Shown here piece after piece: positions 1 to 9,707 of a stretch of DNA of 64,000 nucleotides. The DNA lies in assembly GCA_021802705.1 (NCBI GenBank), contig JAJZRL010000001.1, positions 84,379-148,378 on the forward strand, read 5' to 3'. Within the stretch, counting starts at the first letter, position 1. Each line of letters opens with the position of its first letter. The notes beneath the pieces were generated by a model. The model saw only the letters and a program-made list of their open reading frames with translations. It had not been told where the DNA came from and searched no databases. The position numbers and the translations under genes are program-made. Source of the stretch: a bacterium. GTDB taxonomy: Bacteria; Patescibacteriota; Minisyncoccia; Phycocordibacterales; Phycocordibacteraceae.

Positions 1-1621
1 CGCCCCGCTTCTGGCTCTTGTATTCCGAGGGGTTCGTGCGCTTCACGTATCCCCCCTGGGTGATGACGAGCACGGAATCCTCGTCCGGAACGAGGTCTTC
101 CGTGGAAATGTTCCGTGCCCCGCTCTTCACGATCCTCGTACGACGATCATCGCCGTATTTCTCGCCGAGTTCTTGAAGTTCGGATTTGACCACGGCGAGG
201 ATCTTTTTAGGTGAAGAAAGGATGTCCTGGAGCTTCTTGATGAGCGTCTGCACCTCGGCGAGCTCGGCTTCGATCTTCTTGCGCTCGAGGCCGGCGAGCT
301 TCGAGAGGCGCATCTCGAGGATAGCTGCGGTTTGGAGCGCCGAAAAACCGAACTTTTTCTGAAGCGCGGCGCTCGCCGAAGGGACATCCGGCGATTTCTT
401 TATGAGCGCGATGACTTCATCTATATGATCGAGAGCTTTCGAGAGTCCGAGCAGGATGTGCTCGCGTTCCTGCGCCTTCCGAAGATCAAACTCGGTACGA
501 CGCTTCACCACCTCCTGCCGATGGACGATGAAATGCCCGAGCATCCCCGAGAGCGAGAGCATTTCCGGCACGCCGTCCACAAGCGCGAGCATGTTGTAGT
601 GAAAGGTGCTTTCAAGCTCGGTGTGCTTATAAAGAGCGTTGAGGACCGCCTGCGGGTGCGCCGTATTCTTGAGCTCGACGACGATACGGATGTCGCTCGT
701 CGATTCGTCGCGCAAGTCGCGGATGCCCTCGATCCTCTTTTCCGAAACCAGCTCGGCTATATGCGCGATGAGCTCGCTCTTGTTCACGCGGAATGGTATC
801 GAGGTGATGAGGATGCGCGCGTCCTTCTTCCCGTCATCGACTATTTCCGCTTCGCCACGCACGACAACCGGCCCCTTGCCCGTACCATACGCATGCTTGA
901 TGTCGGCGTGATTGAACGCTATGCCGCCAAGCGGAAAATCCGGACCCTGCACGAACGAGAGGAGATCATCCGTCGTCGCATCCGGATGGTCGATGAGGTG
1001 TATCGTCGCCGTGACGATTTCCCGGAGGTTGTGCGGCGGGATGTTGGTCGCCATACCGACGGCGATACCGAGCGTCCCGTTCAGGAGCAGGTTCGGCAGG
1101 GCGGCGGGGAGTACGTTCGGCTCTTTGCGCGTCGCGTCGTAATTGGGACTCCAGGAGACCGTCTCCTTTTCGAGGTCCTGGAGCAGCGCCTCGGCGATAC
1201 GCGACATCTTCGCCTCGGTGTAGCGCATCGCGGCCGGGGAATCTCCGTCGACGGAACCGAAATTCCCCTGCCCTAAGACGAGCGGATAGCGGTGTGAGAA
1301 ATCCTGCGCCATCTTCGTCATCGAGTCGTAAACGGCGATATCGCCGTGCGGATGATATTTACCGAGCACGTCGCCGACGACGGCAGAGCTCTTCCTGAAC
1401 TTCGCTCCCGGCACGAGCCCCATCTCTTTCATCGCATAAAGCGTGCGACGATGGACCGGCTTGAGGCCGTCGCGCACGTCCGGAAGCGCCCGGCCCGTGA
1501 TGACCGACATCGCGTAATCGAGGTACGACGTCCGCATCTCCGAAACGATCGGCTGGTCAATGACGGTATCGGCAGCGGGCGGCTCTCCGCCCTTTATTTT
1601 TTCTTCTTTTTCGCGCGCCAT
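1..1621 (-). CDS. gyrA: DNA gyrase subunit A, N-terminal ~540 aa (gene runs off the window start)
   Basis: Minus-strand translation from the ATG (plus-strand 'cat' at 1619-1621) reads [40 protein letters not shown]...[13 protein letters not shown]..., a canonical GyrA N-terminus, and continues in frame to position 1. It is absent from the ORF track because there is no in-window stop. The listed + ORF 332..1276 is its antisense shadow. Confidence 0.9.
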   Translation of the reverse strand, partial: MAREKEEKIKGGEPPAADTVIDQPIVSEMRTSYLDYAMSVITGRALPDVRDGLKPVHRRTLYAMKEMGLVPGAKFRKSSAVVGDVLGKYHPHGDIAVYDSMTKMAQDFSHRYPLVLGQGNFGSVDGDSPAAMRYTEAKMSRIAEALLQDLEKETVSWSPNYDATRKEPNVLPAALPNLLLNGTLGIAVGMATNIPPHNLREIVTATIHLIDHPDATTDDLLSFVQGPDFPLGGIAFNHADIKHAYGTGKGPVVVRGEAEIVDDGKKDARILITSIPFRVNKSELIAHIAELVSEKRIEGIRDLRDESTSDIRIVVELKNTAHPQAVLNALYKHTELESTFHYNMLALVDGVPEMLSLSGMLGHFIVHRQEVVKRRTEFDLRKAQEREHILLGLSKALDHIDEVIALIKKSPDVPSASAALQKKFGFSALQTAAILEMRLSKLAGLERKKIEAELAEVQTLIKKLQDILSSPKKILAVVKSELQELGEKYGDDRRTRIVKSGARNISTEDLVPDEDSVLVITQGGYVKRTNPSEYKSQKRG

Positions 1622-1673
1622 GGTGATTCTAAAATGGTATACGTTCCGTATCGCTCGTTACTTAACTGCTTTA

Positions 1674-2042
1674 TCAAAACGGTATGATCGTTCTGTCGGA
1701 TTCGGACGGAGCGCCTGATGCCGAAGATGTCGAGTTCACGATCTCGATACGCGCCGGTCCCGAATTGTTCCCCGAACTCTGCCCGTCCTGCGGGAGAGCC
1801 GCGGCGGCGCCGGCAAGGCTCTGTCCTTGCTCGCTCGTGCCGGCGACGATCGTAGGCTCTTGACCGGTACTCTCGGCAAACGAGGTTCCATGTATAGCGA
1901 AAGCTCCTGTCGAAAGCTCGCCCGCAAACCACACAAGAGCAATGAACGCGGTACCGAACGAAGCAGCCCCAAACGCGACCTTTTTGCGGATATGATGGGG
2001 TTTCCCTTTCACGTGTTCGATGTGTTCAAGAATAGTTTTCAT
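1674..2042 (-). CDS. hypothetical small protein with one predicted TM helix
   Basis: The ORF sits immediately upstream of and co-directional with gyrA. It has a hydrophobic stretch (FGAASFGTAFIALVWFAG) and no recognisable family. Confidence 0.35.
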   Translation of the reverse strand: MKTILEHIEHVKGKPHHIRKKVAFGAASFGTAFIALVWFAGELSTGAFAIHGTSFAESTGQEPTIVAGTSEQGQSLAGAAAALPQDGQSSGNNSGPARIEIVNSTSSASGAPSESDRTIIPF

Positions 2043-2051
2043 ACGCCTGGT

Positions 2052-2693
2052 CTAGGGGGTTATGACCAGTATACTCCCATCGCGGCCCGCAAGATCCTTT
2101 TTCTTCAAGGTAAGCTTATCAACCCTCTCGCCATCGGTCCCCGCGCCCTTCAGATAAGACTCAAGCGCCGCAGGGTCACCCATGCCGTTCCAGTGCATCG
2201 GGATTATGATCTTCGGCTCAAGAGAGACCGCAAGTTCATGCGCGGCGGAGGGCGAAAGAACGCCGGATCCGCCGACCGGAACGAAGAGAACGTCTATCTC
2301 GTCGATGCCTTCACGCGCCTCCCTCGAGAGCTCGTGATCGGAAAGGGCACCGAGATGGACGAGCGTCATGTCTTCGAGATGGACGGCAAACACCGTGTTG
2401 GCCGCCTCTGTACGGCCTTTTGCAAGCCCGTAAGCGCTGTGTGAGAAAAAACCCTGGGCGACAACACCCTGCCTCTCATACTCTCCGGGTCCGGAGATTA
2501 CGAAAGGAGTCTTCTCTCCATAAGTCATCTCTTCAACGCCATTCATGTCCGGATGGTGGCGTGATACGAACACGATATCGGCGCCAAAACGCGAAGAAGG
2601 CAGGGTCGCCCCCTTGGCGACAGGGTCAAAGGCAAGTGTGAGATCTCCGAATGTTACCTTGAAGCACTGCCCGCCGTGGTGCGTGATAACCAT
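2052..2693 (-). CDS. metal-dependent hydrolase, MBL fold (UPF0173-like)
   Basis: MVITHHGGQCFKV...DPV...H..HPDM... matches the UPF0173/YtkL-type beta-lactamase-fold pattern, and the length (213 aa) fits. Confidence 0.75.
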   Translation of the reverse strand: MVITHHGGQCFKVTFGDLTLAFDPVAKGATLPSSRFGADIVFVSRHHPDMNGVEEMTYGEKTPFVISGPGEYERQGVVAQGFFSHSAYGLAKGRTEAANTVFAVHLEDMTLVHLGALSDHELSREAREGIDEIDVLFVPVGGSGVLSPSAAHELAVSLEPKIIIPMHWNGMGDPAALESYLKGAGTDGERVDKLTLKKKDLAGRDGSILVITP

Positions 2694-2784
2694 ACCTCAA
2701 TGATAGCATTTTCCGCCGATGCGTGCTATGGTGTCGCATATACGCGTGCTAAAGAAGTAGAGACCGGCTAACCCTGACTGCCTC

Positions 2785-3948
2785 GTGGAGTCAGTACCTG
2801 TCCTGAAAATCGCACCGTTCATATTTTTAATGCCTGAAGAGAAGAAAAGACCGGTTCCGGCAGTAACGATCCGCCTCGATAGCAGCCATCCCATGGCTGC
2901 CCTCGTTGACGCCATCGCGACCCCGCCCTCATCCGGAGACCTTGTCGAAGGAGCGATTATCGCCATTGACCGCGGGCGCGTCTATGTCGATCTCCCGCCG
3001 TTTGGTACCGGTATCATCTATGGACGCGAGTACCTGAACGCGGCGGATGTCCTGCGTAAAGCGAATCAGGGGGATACCATCACCGCAAAGGTCGTCGATG
3101 CGGCCGGACGCGATGGTTACATCGAGCTTTCCCTCAAAGAAGCCCGCCAGGCGGCCATTTGGGGCGAAGCCGAACAAGCCATCGTCGCGCAGACGCCGTA
3201 TACGCTCACCGTCGAAGAGGCGAACAAAGGCGGGCTCATCCTTTCCTGGCAAGGCATTCAGGGATTCCTTCCCGCTTCGCAGCTTTCAAAAGAACACTAT
3301 CCTCGGGTACCGGAGGGAGACAAGGAGAAGATCCTCGGCGAGCTCATGCGATTCGTCGGACATCCTCTTTCGGTGCGTATCATTGCCGCCGATGCGAAAG
3401 AGGGCAAGCTTATATTCTCGGAACGCACTGAAAATGAGGAGGAGGAAAAGGCATCTCTTATCGACAAGTACCAGGTGGGCGACACGGTTTCAGGCGAAGT
3501 GACCGGCATCGTCGATTTCGGCGTCTTCGTGAAGCTTGAACCGGGGCTTGAAGGTCTCGTCCATATAAGCGAGCTCGACTGGGGCCTCGTCGAAGACCCC
3601 CGCTCGCTCTTTAACGTAGGCGACAACGTTACGGTCAAGGTGATCGAAATAAAGGACGGGAAAATATCGCTCTCGATAAAGGCGCTCAAAGAAAATCCGT
3701 GGCACACCGCCGCCGAGCGTTACAAGAAAGGCATGGAGGTCCCGGGCGTCATCATCAAATACAACAAACATGGCGCGCTCGCTTCCATCGAGGAAGGCGT
3801 CGCAGGACTCGTCCATGTTTCCGAGTTCGAGACGCCCGCCGAGCTTCGCGAGACGCTTGAGCTCGGAAAGACGTACTCCTTCCTCATCTCGCTCTTCGAA
3901 CCGAAAGACCAGCGCATGACGCTGACCTACGTAGGCAAAAAGAAATAA
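2785..3948 (+). CDS. rpsA: S1 RNA-binding-domain protein (short ribosomal protein S1-like, about four S1 repeats)
   Basis: Repeated S1 motifs are present (GDLVEGAII..., GDTVSGEVTGIVDFGVFVKLEPGLEGLVHISE..., GMEVPGVIIKYNKHGALASIEEGVAGLVHVSE). The true start is uncertain (possibly Met at ~2830 or ~2890), and no clear Shine-Dalgarno sequence is visible. Confidence 0.75.
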   Translation: MESVPVLKIAPFIFLMPEEKKRPVPAVTIRLDSSHPMAALVDAIATPPSSGDLVEGAIIAIDRGRVYVDLPPFGTGIIYGREYLNAADVLRKANQGDTITAKVVDAAGRDGYIELSLKEARQAAIWGEAEQAIVAQTPYTLTVEEANKGGLILSWQGIQGFLPASQLSKEHYPRVPEGDKEKILGELMRFVGHPLSVRIIAADAKEGKLIFSERTENEEEEKASLIDKYQVGDTVSGEVTGIVDFGVFVKLEPGLEGLVHISELDWGLVEDPRSLFNVGDNVTVKVIEIKDGKISLSIKALKENPWHTAAERYKKGMEVPGVIIKYNKHGALASIEEGVAGLVHVSEFETPAELRETLELGKTYSFLISLFEPKDQRMTLTYVGKKK

Positions 3949-3977
3949 TCGAGTTTCTCGCCCGCTTACCTTTATCT

Positions 3978-4574
3978 TTATCGCGTGTTCGCGAACATCG
4001 TCGCGGCGGAAACGCCGTCGGCTATGAAGAGACGCGCCGCTTCGGCCGCTTTCTCGAGCGCCTTTTTGAGCGCCGCCGCTTCGGACGGCTTCCACTTGCC
4101 GATCACGTGCTTGATAACCTTCTCCTCGCCGGAGATCTTCTTCGCCTGATTCTTTTTCCCCGCTGCGCTGATGCCGATACGGATGCGCGCGAAGTTCTTC
4201 GTCTTAAGCGCACGCATGATGCTTTCGACGCCTTTGTGCCCGCCGCTGCCGCGGCCGAAGACCATCTTTATGGTACCCAGAGGCAAATCGAGGTCGTCAT
4301 GGACAACGAGGAGTTTTTCTGCCGCTCTTGAACCTTTTACGAACAAGGCGACCGATTTCCCCGAGAGGTTCATCATCGTTTCCGGCAGTACGAGGGTCGC
4401 GTTCTCGCCCGCTATCGCACCTTTGCTTACGAGCGCGTTGCCCGTCTTGTTGAAGACGAGTTCTCCGAAATCTTCCTGTTTCGCAAGGAGCTTGACTGCC
4501 ATGCGGCCAGCGTTGTGCCGCGTCTCTTCGTACTCTCTGCCGGGGTTTCCGAGGCCTGCGATGACGAACGCCAT
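3978..4574 (-). CDS. pth: peptidyl-tRNA hydrolase
   Basis: Starting from the internal Met (plus-strand 'cat' at 4572-4574) gives MAFVIAGLGNPGREYEETRHNAGRMAV..., a canonical Pth N-terminus. The longer ORF (to 4721) adds a non-homologous 49-aa extension. Confidence 0.9.
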   Translation of the reverse strand: MAFVIAGLGNPGREYEETRHNAGRMAVKLLAKQEDFGELVFNKTGNALVSKGAIAGENATLVLPETMMNLSGKSVALFVKGSRAAEKLLVVHDDLDLPLGTIKMVFGRGSGGHKGVESIMRALKTKNFARIRIGISAAGKKNQAKKISGEEKVIKHVIGKWKPSEAAALKKALEKAAEAARLFIADGVSAATMFANTR

Positions 4575-4650
4575 GAAGGGATCGTAGCACACGCATTCGC
4601 CGGCAGCGGAAAATACTTGCGCATACGCGCGCGATGCGTACAATACGTTC

Positions 4651-5244
4651 ATGAAAGATACCGGAAAAGGTCTTCTGAAGGATCTTTTCGTTCTCACGCT
4701 CCTTATCGTGGTCGTTGTCATTCCGATTCGCGCTTTCGTGGTGTCCCCGTTTGTCGTCGACGGCGAATCGATGCATCCGACGTTCGAAAATCTCGACTAT
4801 CTCATCGTCGATGAGCTCGTCTATGATTTCGAGGCGCCGGCGCGCGGCGACGTCATCGTCTTCCGCTACCCGGGCGATCCGTCCATCTTTTACATCAAGC
4901 GCATCATCGGGCTTCCGGGCGAGACCGTCTCCATCAATCGCGGCGTCGTTACCATCACGACTCCCGCCGGAAAGACCTTTACGCTCTCCGAACCGTACGT
5001 GGTGAGCGAAGACGCGACGTACACGAAGAGCGTCACGCTCAGTTCCGATGAATACTTCGTCATGGGCGATAATCGCCCGAACAGTTCGGACAGCCGCGTC
5101 TGGGGCCCCCTGCCGAGAAAAGACATCATCGGACGGGTCGACTTACGGCTCCTTCCCCTTTCGGAAATCGGGTTCTTCCCCGGTAAAGCGGCATACGCGA
5201 CCGACACGGTTGCAAGCACGACGGCATCTTTGCCGAAATCATGA
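4651..5244 (+). CDS. lepB: signal peptidase I
   Basis: An N-terminal TM helix is followed by the S26 boxes ...VVDGESMHPTF..., GDVIVFRYP, YIKRIIGLPGETV and YFVMGDNRPNSSDSR. Confidence 0.85.
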   Translation: MKDTGKGLLKDLFVLTLLIVVVVIPIRAFVVSPFVVDGESMHPTFENLDYLIVDELVYDFEAPARGDVIVFRYPGDPSIFYIKRIIGLPGETVSINRGVVTITTPAGKTFTLSEPYVVSEDATYTKSVTLSSDEYFVMGDNRPNSSDSRVWGPLPRKDIIGRVDLRLLPLSEIGFFPGKAAYATDTVASTTASLPKS

Positions 5245-6386
5245 TACGCGACGTCATACCGGCAGAAGAGCTTTTAAAAAAAGCGCGGGCAGTCGGCCAA
5301 TACTACGGTTTCACTCCCCTTGAAACCCTTACGGCAAAAACGCGCGGCAGTCGCAAAGCGACGAGCTATCCCGAAACGCTCGCAAATCTGAAGCTCGATC
5401 CGGTCGCCGATATCGTGGCAAGCTTCTTGCATCAGTTTCAAAACGCCGATGCTGCGCCGTCGGTGCGACAGCCGCTCTTCGTCTGGCATACGAACATCGC
5501 TCCGGGACGCGCCGTTCAGAAAAAGAAAGCGGTCATCCAGTTCCACGCGCTCGGCACGGACCGAGCGCTCGCCGATGCTGTCGTCATCCGTGCGCTCCTT
5601 GCGCTTTCAAGAGACCTTTTCCGCGAGGAGCCTGTCATCCGTATCAATTCGATGGGCGACAAAGAAACCCGCGCGCGCTACGCGCGCGAGCTCGGTGTTT
5701 TTTTCAAAAAACGCGCGCATCTGCTTCCTGAGGACTGCGTGAGCTGCGCGAAACGCGACCCTCTCGAAGCGGCGGAGCTTGTCGTGGCACGTTCCGGCGC
5801 GGACGATCTCCCGACGCCGACCGAACACCTCTCGGACATGAGCCGCAAGCGTTTCGAGGATCTGCTCGAATATCTCGAAACGACCGAGACGCCCTACGAG
5901 CTTTCGCGCGATCTCCTCAGTCGCGGCAACGTATGGAACGACGCCTGTTTCGAGCTTGTTGTCGACGAGCAGCGTGTGGCATGGGGTTCGCACTACAGCG
6001 ACCTCGCGCGCCATTTCTTCCCTCGCGCGCCTTTCAGCGCGGTCGGTGCCATACTGCAAGTAGCGAGCGAAGGCGCGGTGAGCGCGAAACCGGCTCAGGC
6101 GCGCGCCCGTTTTTCATTCGTCCACATAGGAGACGAGGCAAAGCGGCTTTCGATCCGTCTTGCCGAAGATTTCCGGCGGGCGCATATCCCTCTCGCTCAA
6201 GATATCGGCGTCGAATCGCTCAATGAGCAGCTCTATCTCGCAGAACGGCGCAACAGCCCCTACTTGCTCATCATGGGGCGCAAAGAAGCGCTTGAAGGAT
6301 CCGCCATCCTGCGCAATCGGCAAACGCAGGAGAACACCGTCCTTCCTCTTATGGGTATCACCGAACGCCTCAAGGCCATATCGTAG
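5241..6386 (+). CDS. histidyl-tRNA-synthetase-like protein (HisS/HisZ family, divergent)
   Basis: RINSMGD and CVSCAKRDPLEAAE resemble the HisRS INSLGD and CxxC...NPLRxLD insertion. The C-terminus (LLIMGRKEALEGSAILRNRQTQENTV) resembles the HisRS anticodon-binding domain. The class II catalytic motifs are degenerate and the protein is short (381 aa). The start overlaps the lepB stop. Confidence 0.55.
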   Translation: MIRDVIPAEELLKKARAVGQYYGFTPLETLTAKTRGSRKATSYPETLANLKLDPVADIVASFLHQFQNADAAPSVRQPLFVWHTNIAPGRAVQKKKAVIQFHALGTDRALADAVVIRALLALSRDLFREEPVIRINSMGDKETRARYARELGVFFKKRAHLLPEDCVSCAKRDPLEAAELVVARSGADDLPTPTEHLSDMSRKRFEDLLEYLETTETPYELSRDLLSRGNVWNDACFELVVDEQRVAWGSHYSDLARHFFPRAPFSAVGAILQVASEGAVSAKPAQARARFSFVHIGDEAKRLSIRLAEDFRRAHIPLAQDIGVESLNEQLYLAERRNSPYLLIMGRKEALEGSAILRNRQTQENTVLPLMGITERLKAIS

Positions 6387-6421
6387 ACAAACGTCGCGGT
6401 GATATGGTAGAGTCACTAGCA

Positions 6422-6697
6422 ATGGTAACGGCCGGTACCCGAGTCGAAGTCCGTCGCGGAAAAAGCGAGAGCTCTTCCGCGCTTATTCGTCGTTTTACGC
6501 GCCGAGCGCAAGGACTCGGTCTCGTCCACGAAGTTCGCGACAGGCGGTACTGGCAGCGCACGAAATCAAAAAACGTCAATCACAAACGGGCGCTTATCTC
6601 GAAAACGCGGCGCGAAAAATATGAGGAGCTCGTCAAGCTCGGAAAGATCGATCCGGCGGCGCGGAAAGGCGGACGAGGGAGGAGCGACAAGCGCTAG
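6422..6697 (+). CDS. rpsU: 30S ribosomal protein S21
   Basis: TRVEVRRGKSESSSALIRRFTRRAQGLGLVHEVRDRRYWQRTKSKNVNHKRA matches the S21 pattern (VxVRxxExxxxALRRFxR....EVRxRR.Y.kP). The start may be the upstream Met at 6404. Confidence 0.8.
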   Translation: MVTAGTRVEVRRGKSESSSALIRRFTRRAQGLGLVHEVRDRRYWQRTKSKNVNHKRALISKTRREKYEELVKLGKIDPAARKGGRGRSDKR

Positions 6698-6702
6698 ACG
6701 GA

Positions 6703-7155
6703 ATGGGGGGCGTTTCGGTCAAAAATCTTACGCGGCGCGTTTCGGTGCCGCGTTTCGCATACGGAACGATACTCGATGAGACGCTTCCCCGCTGGGACGT
6801 CTCGCTCGTTTTCGTCGGACCGGCAAAAGCGAAGCTATTGAACAAGCAGTTGCGGGGAAAACTGTACACGCCGAACGTCCTCTCATACGCTCTTGGAGAA
6901 AGGAGCGGCGAGATCATCATCTGCCTGCAGGAGGCGGAAAAACAAGCGCCGGCTTATGGCATGACGAAACGCGATTTCGTCCTCTATTTGTTTATCCACG
7001 GATTGCTGCATTTGAAAGGCATGGCACATGGCGCTACGATGGATACATGCGAACAAGAACTCTTGGCACGGTTTGCCAAGAGTGGCGTGCGCACCACCCT
7101 CTCTACATGTCTCGGAACATCGTCACCGGAATCGATATCGGAACGTACCAGGTAA
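6703..7155 (+). CDS. ybeY: endoribonuclease YbeY (rRNA maturation factor)
   Basis: The HGLLHLKGMAHG metal-binding motif (H..LHL.G.DH type) is present. The length is ~150 aa. The 3' end overlaps ftsA by ~48 nt. Confidence 0.75.
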   Translation: MGGVSVKNLTRRVSVPRFAYGTILDETLPRWDVSLVFVGPAKAKLLNKQLRGKLYTPNVLSYALGERSGEIIICLQEAEKQAPAYGMTKRDFVLYLFIHGLLHLKGMAHGATMDTCEQELLARFAKSGVRTTLSTCLGTSSPESISERTR

Positions 7156-8264
7156 AACTGGTCGTCATCGAGGAACTCGCGGATAAGCGAGGCGGGCGGC
7201 AACGGCATGTTATCGGGACGGGACTCGCCGAGTCGAAAGGGCTACGGCACGGGTACGTCGTCAACAAGGACGAGGTCGTCGCGAGCATTCTCGAAGCGAA
7301 ACGGCAGGCCGAAGCCATCGCGCGGATACCTATCCGGTCCGGCTTCCTTTCTATCGGCGGGATCTCGCTCGACGAAGCTCACGCGACCGGCAGCACGATC
7401 ATTTCGCGCGCGGATCAGGAGATAACCGCGCTCGATATAGAAAAAGCGGGGAAAGCCGCCCGCGAAGCCGCGACGCCCGCTTTCCTCAACCGTTACGTCC
7501 TCCATAGCATCCCGCTTGAATACCGCATCGATGACGTCAAGGTTCTCGGCGACCCTCTCGGCATGAAAGGCGTGCGGCTCGAGGTCGACTATCTTTTCGT
7601 CACGTGCCTCGCGCAGCACAAGGACGCTCTCTCACAGGCGGTCGAAGATGCGGATATCGAGGTTATCGACCAGATGGCCTCCCCGCTTGCGGGCTCATAC
7701 GTACTCCTCGACGGGGATCAGAAGATGAAGGGCTGCGTGCTCGCGAATATCGGCGCCGAAACCGTCTCGATCGTCGTGTACGACGAGAACATACCCATTT
7801 CCGTAAAAGTGTTCCCGATGGGCTCAAGCCACATCACGGATGACATAGCGCTCGGTTTCCGCATCTCGCTCGAGGAAGCCGAACGGGTAAAGATGGGACG
7901 GCTCGCCGGGCAGATGTACTCGCGCAAGAAGATAGAAGACCTCGTCGCGAACCGTCTCGAGACGATGTTCACGCTCATCGACAAGCATTTGAAATCGCTC
8001 GGGCGGCGCGGACCGCTTCCGGCAGGCATCATCATATCGGGCGGCGGAGCCGGTATCGGCTCCATAAGCGATATCGCGAAAGATTCGCTTAAGCTCCCTG
8101 CCCGGCTTGCCGAATTTCGCCTCTCTTCCGACGCTAAGATCCAGGATGCGACGTGGGCCGTGGCCTACGGCCTCGCGCGCTGGGGACTCACGGGCGATAC
8201 GGGCGTGCCAAAAAAGAGTATGGGCATCAACGTCGGGAAATTCTTGCGGCAATTCTTGCCGTAG
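7107..8264 (+). CDS. ftsA: cell division protein FtsA
   Basis: MSRNIVTGIDIGTYQVKLVVIEE... shows the actin-like ATPase fold and ...IISGGGAGIGSI.... The gene is directly upstream of ftsZ. The start is taken at the internal Met because the longer ORF overlaps ybeY. Confidence 0.9.
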   Translation: MSRNIVTGIDIGTYQVKLVVIEELADKRGGRQRHVIGTGLAESKGLRHGYVVNKDEVVASILEAKRQAEAIARIPIRSGFLSIGGISLDEAHATGSTIISRADQEITALDIEKAGKAAREAATPAFLNRYVLHSIPLEYRIDDVKVLGDPLGMKGVRLEVDYLFVTCLAQHKDALSQAVEDADIEVIDQMASPLAGSYVLLDGDQKMKGCVLANIGAETVSIVVYDENIPISVKVFPMGSSHITDDIALGFRISLEEAERVKMGRLAGQMYSRKKIEDLVANRLETMFTLIDKHLKSLGRRGPLPAGIIISGGGAGIGSISDIAKDSLKLPARLAEFRLSSDAKIQDATWAVAYGLARWGLTGDTGVPKKSMGINVGKFLRQFLP

Positions 8265-8310
8265 ATGAGGATTTCCCGAAGACCACGAAGTAAATAACGA
8301 GTCACATCTT

Positions 8311-8316
8311 TATAAT
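8311..8316 (+). promoter_or_regulatory. candidate sigma70 -10 box (TATAAT) upstream of ftsZ
   Basis: A perfect TATAAT lies in the AT-rich ftsA-ftsZ spacer ~58 nt before the ftsZ ATG. The -35 is weak. Confidence 0.3.
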
Positions 8317-8373
8317 GTCAATATTTGCATATCGTCCGGTTCTGCTATGATAGCCACACGAATCTAACTATCC

Positions 8374-9636
8374 ATGTCCAAACGCGTAGAGCCAGAAATT
8401 GAGACTTTTGCACGGATTCGCGTCGTCGGTGTCGGCGGTTCGGGGAAAAACGCGATCAATCACATGATCGAATCCAAGGTTCGCGGTGTTGAATTCATCG
8501 CGGTTAACTCCGACGCTCAAGATCTCCACCGCTCGCTCGCGAAGCGAAAGATCCACATCGGCAAGAATCTCACGCGCGGGCTCGGTACCGGCATGAATCC
8601 GGAACTCGGCAGGCGCGCAGCCGAAGAGACGCGGCAGGAAATCCAGGAAGCGCTCTCCGGAAGCGACATGGTCTTCATCACCTGCGGCATGGGTGGAGGC
8701 ACCGGCACCGGCGCTTCCGCTGTCGTCGCGAAGATAGCGAAAGAAGTCGGCGCGCTCGTCATCGCGGTCGTCACCAAGCCGTTCTCTTTCGAGGGTGCGC
8801 AGCGTAAAGATATCGCCGAACGCGGCCTTGCCGACCTTAAGAAAGAGGTCGACGCTTTTATAGTCATCCCGAACGACAAGCTGCTCTCTATCGTCGATAT
8901 GCAGACCTCCGCGAAAAACGCTTTCGCGATGTGCGACGAGATACTGCGCCAGGCCGTCGAAGGGGTCTCCGACATCATCACGACCCCGGGCGATATCAAC
9001 ACCGACTTCAACGATATCAAAGCCATCATGGAGGGAGCCGGGCCTGCGCTCATGGGCATCGGCATAGCCGAGGGAGACGGGCGCGCGAAGGAGGCGGCGC
9101 AACAGGCGGTCAATTCCCCGCTCCTTGACGTGTCCATCAGCGGCGCGAAAGGCATCCTCTTCGTCGTTGCCGGCTCCGATGATCTCGGCATCATGGAAGT
9201 GCAGGAAGCCGCGAAAATCATAAACGAGTCCGTTGATAAGAATGCGAAGGTCATCTTCGGCATGATGAACGACGATAAGCTCAAGAAAGGACAGCTCCGT
9301 ATCATCGTCATCGCGACAGGATTCCCTGAAAGTGCCGCGCATGCATCGCACGGCGGGCTTGAACGTTCCCTTTTCTCGCTGCCTACGGAAGGGCGCGCCG
9401 AGGAACGCGGACGCATCTACCATGAGATCCTGAAGCGCGAAGAAAAACAGGAGGCTGAAGAAAAGAGCAGCGAGACGAAGCGCGACTCGAAAAAAGAAGA
9501 ATCTTTCACGGCCCTGGAAAAAGAAGAGCCCGTCGTAACGGCGACGCCTCATAAACGCGAAGAGATTCCAGCGATTCCTGAGGACGATGAAGCATGGGGC
9601 GCTATCCCCGCTTTCCTGCGCAGACACAAGAAATAA
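8374..9636 (+). CDS. ftsZ: cell division protein FtsZ
   Basis: The tubulin signature GGGTGTG is present, together with NTD...FEG..R and an acidic/basic C-terminal tail. Confidence 0.95.
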   Translation: MSKRVEPEIETFARIRVVGVGGSGKNAINHMIESKVRGVEFIAVNSDAQDLHRSLAKRKIHIGKNLTRGLGTGMNPELGRRAAEETRQEIQEALSGSDMVFITCGMGGGTGTGASAVVAKIAKEVGALVIAVVTKPFSFEGAQRKDIAERGLADLKKEVDAFIVIPNDKLLSIVDMQTSAKNAFAMCDEILRQAVEGVSDIITTPGDINTDFNDIKAIMEGAGPALMGIGIAEGDGRAKEAAQQAVNSPLLDVSISGAKGILFVVAGSDDLGIMEVQEAAKIINESVDKNAKVIFGMMNDDKLKKGQLRIIVIATGFPESAAHASHGGLERSLFSLPTEGRAEERGRIYHEILKREEKQEAEEKSSETKRDSKKEESFTALEKEEPVVTATPHKREEIPAIPEDDEAWGAIPAFLRRHKK

Positions 9637-9707
9637 TCTTTTCAATAAAAGAATCCGGCGGCCGCTGAATAGTCTTCCGGCCGTTTTTCGTCTGGTATAC
9701 TTCGATT

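Noticed and set aside
332-1276. 314-aa + strand ORF
   Set aside because: It is an antisense shadow of gyrA. The minus strand gives a perfect GyrA N-terminus across the same span, and the product is R/E/D-rich as expected for high-G+C antisense.
8368-9645. 425-aa and 299-aa minus-strand ORFs opposite ftsZ
   Set aside because: FtsZ on the + strand is unambiguous. These are antisense shadows.
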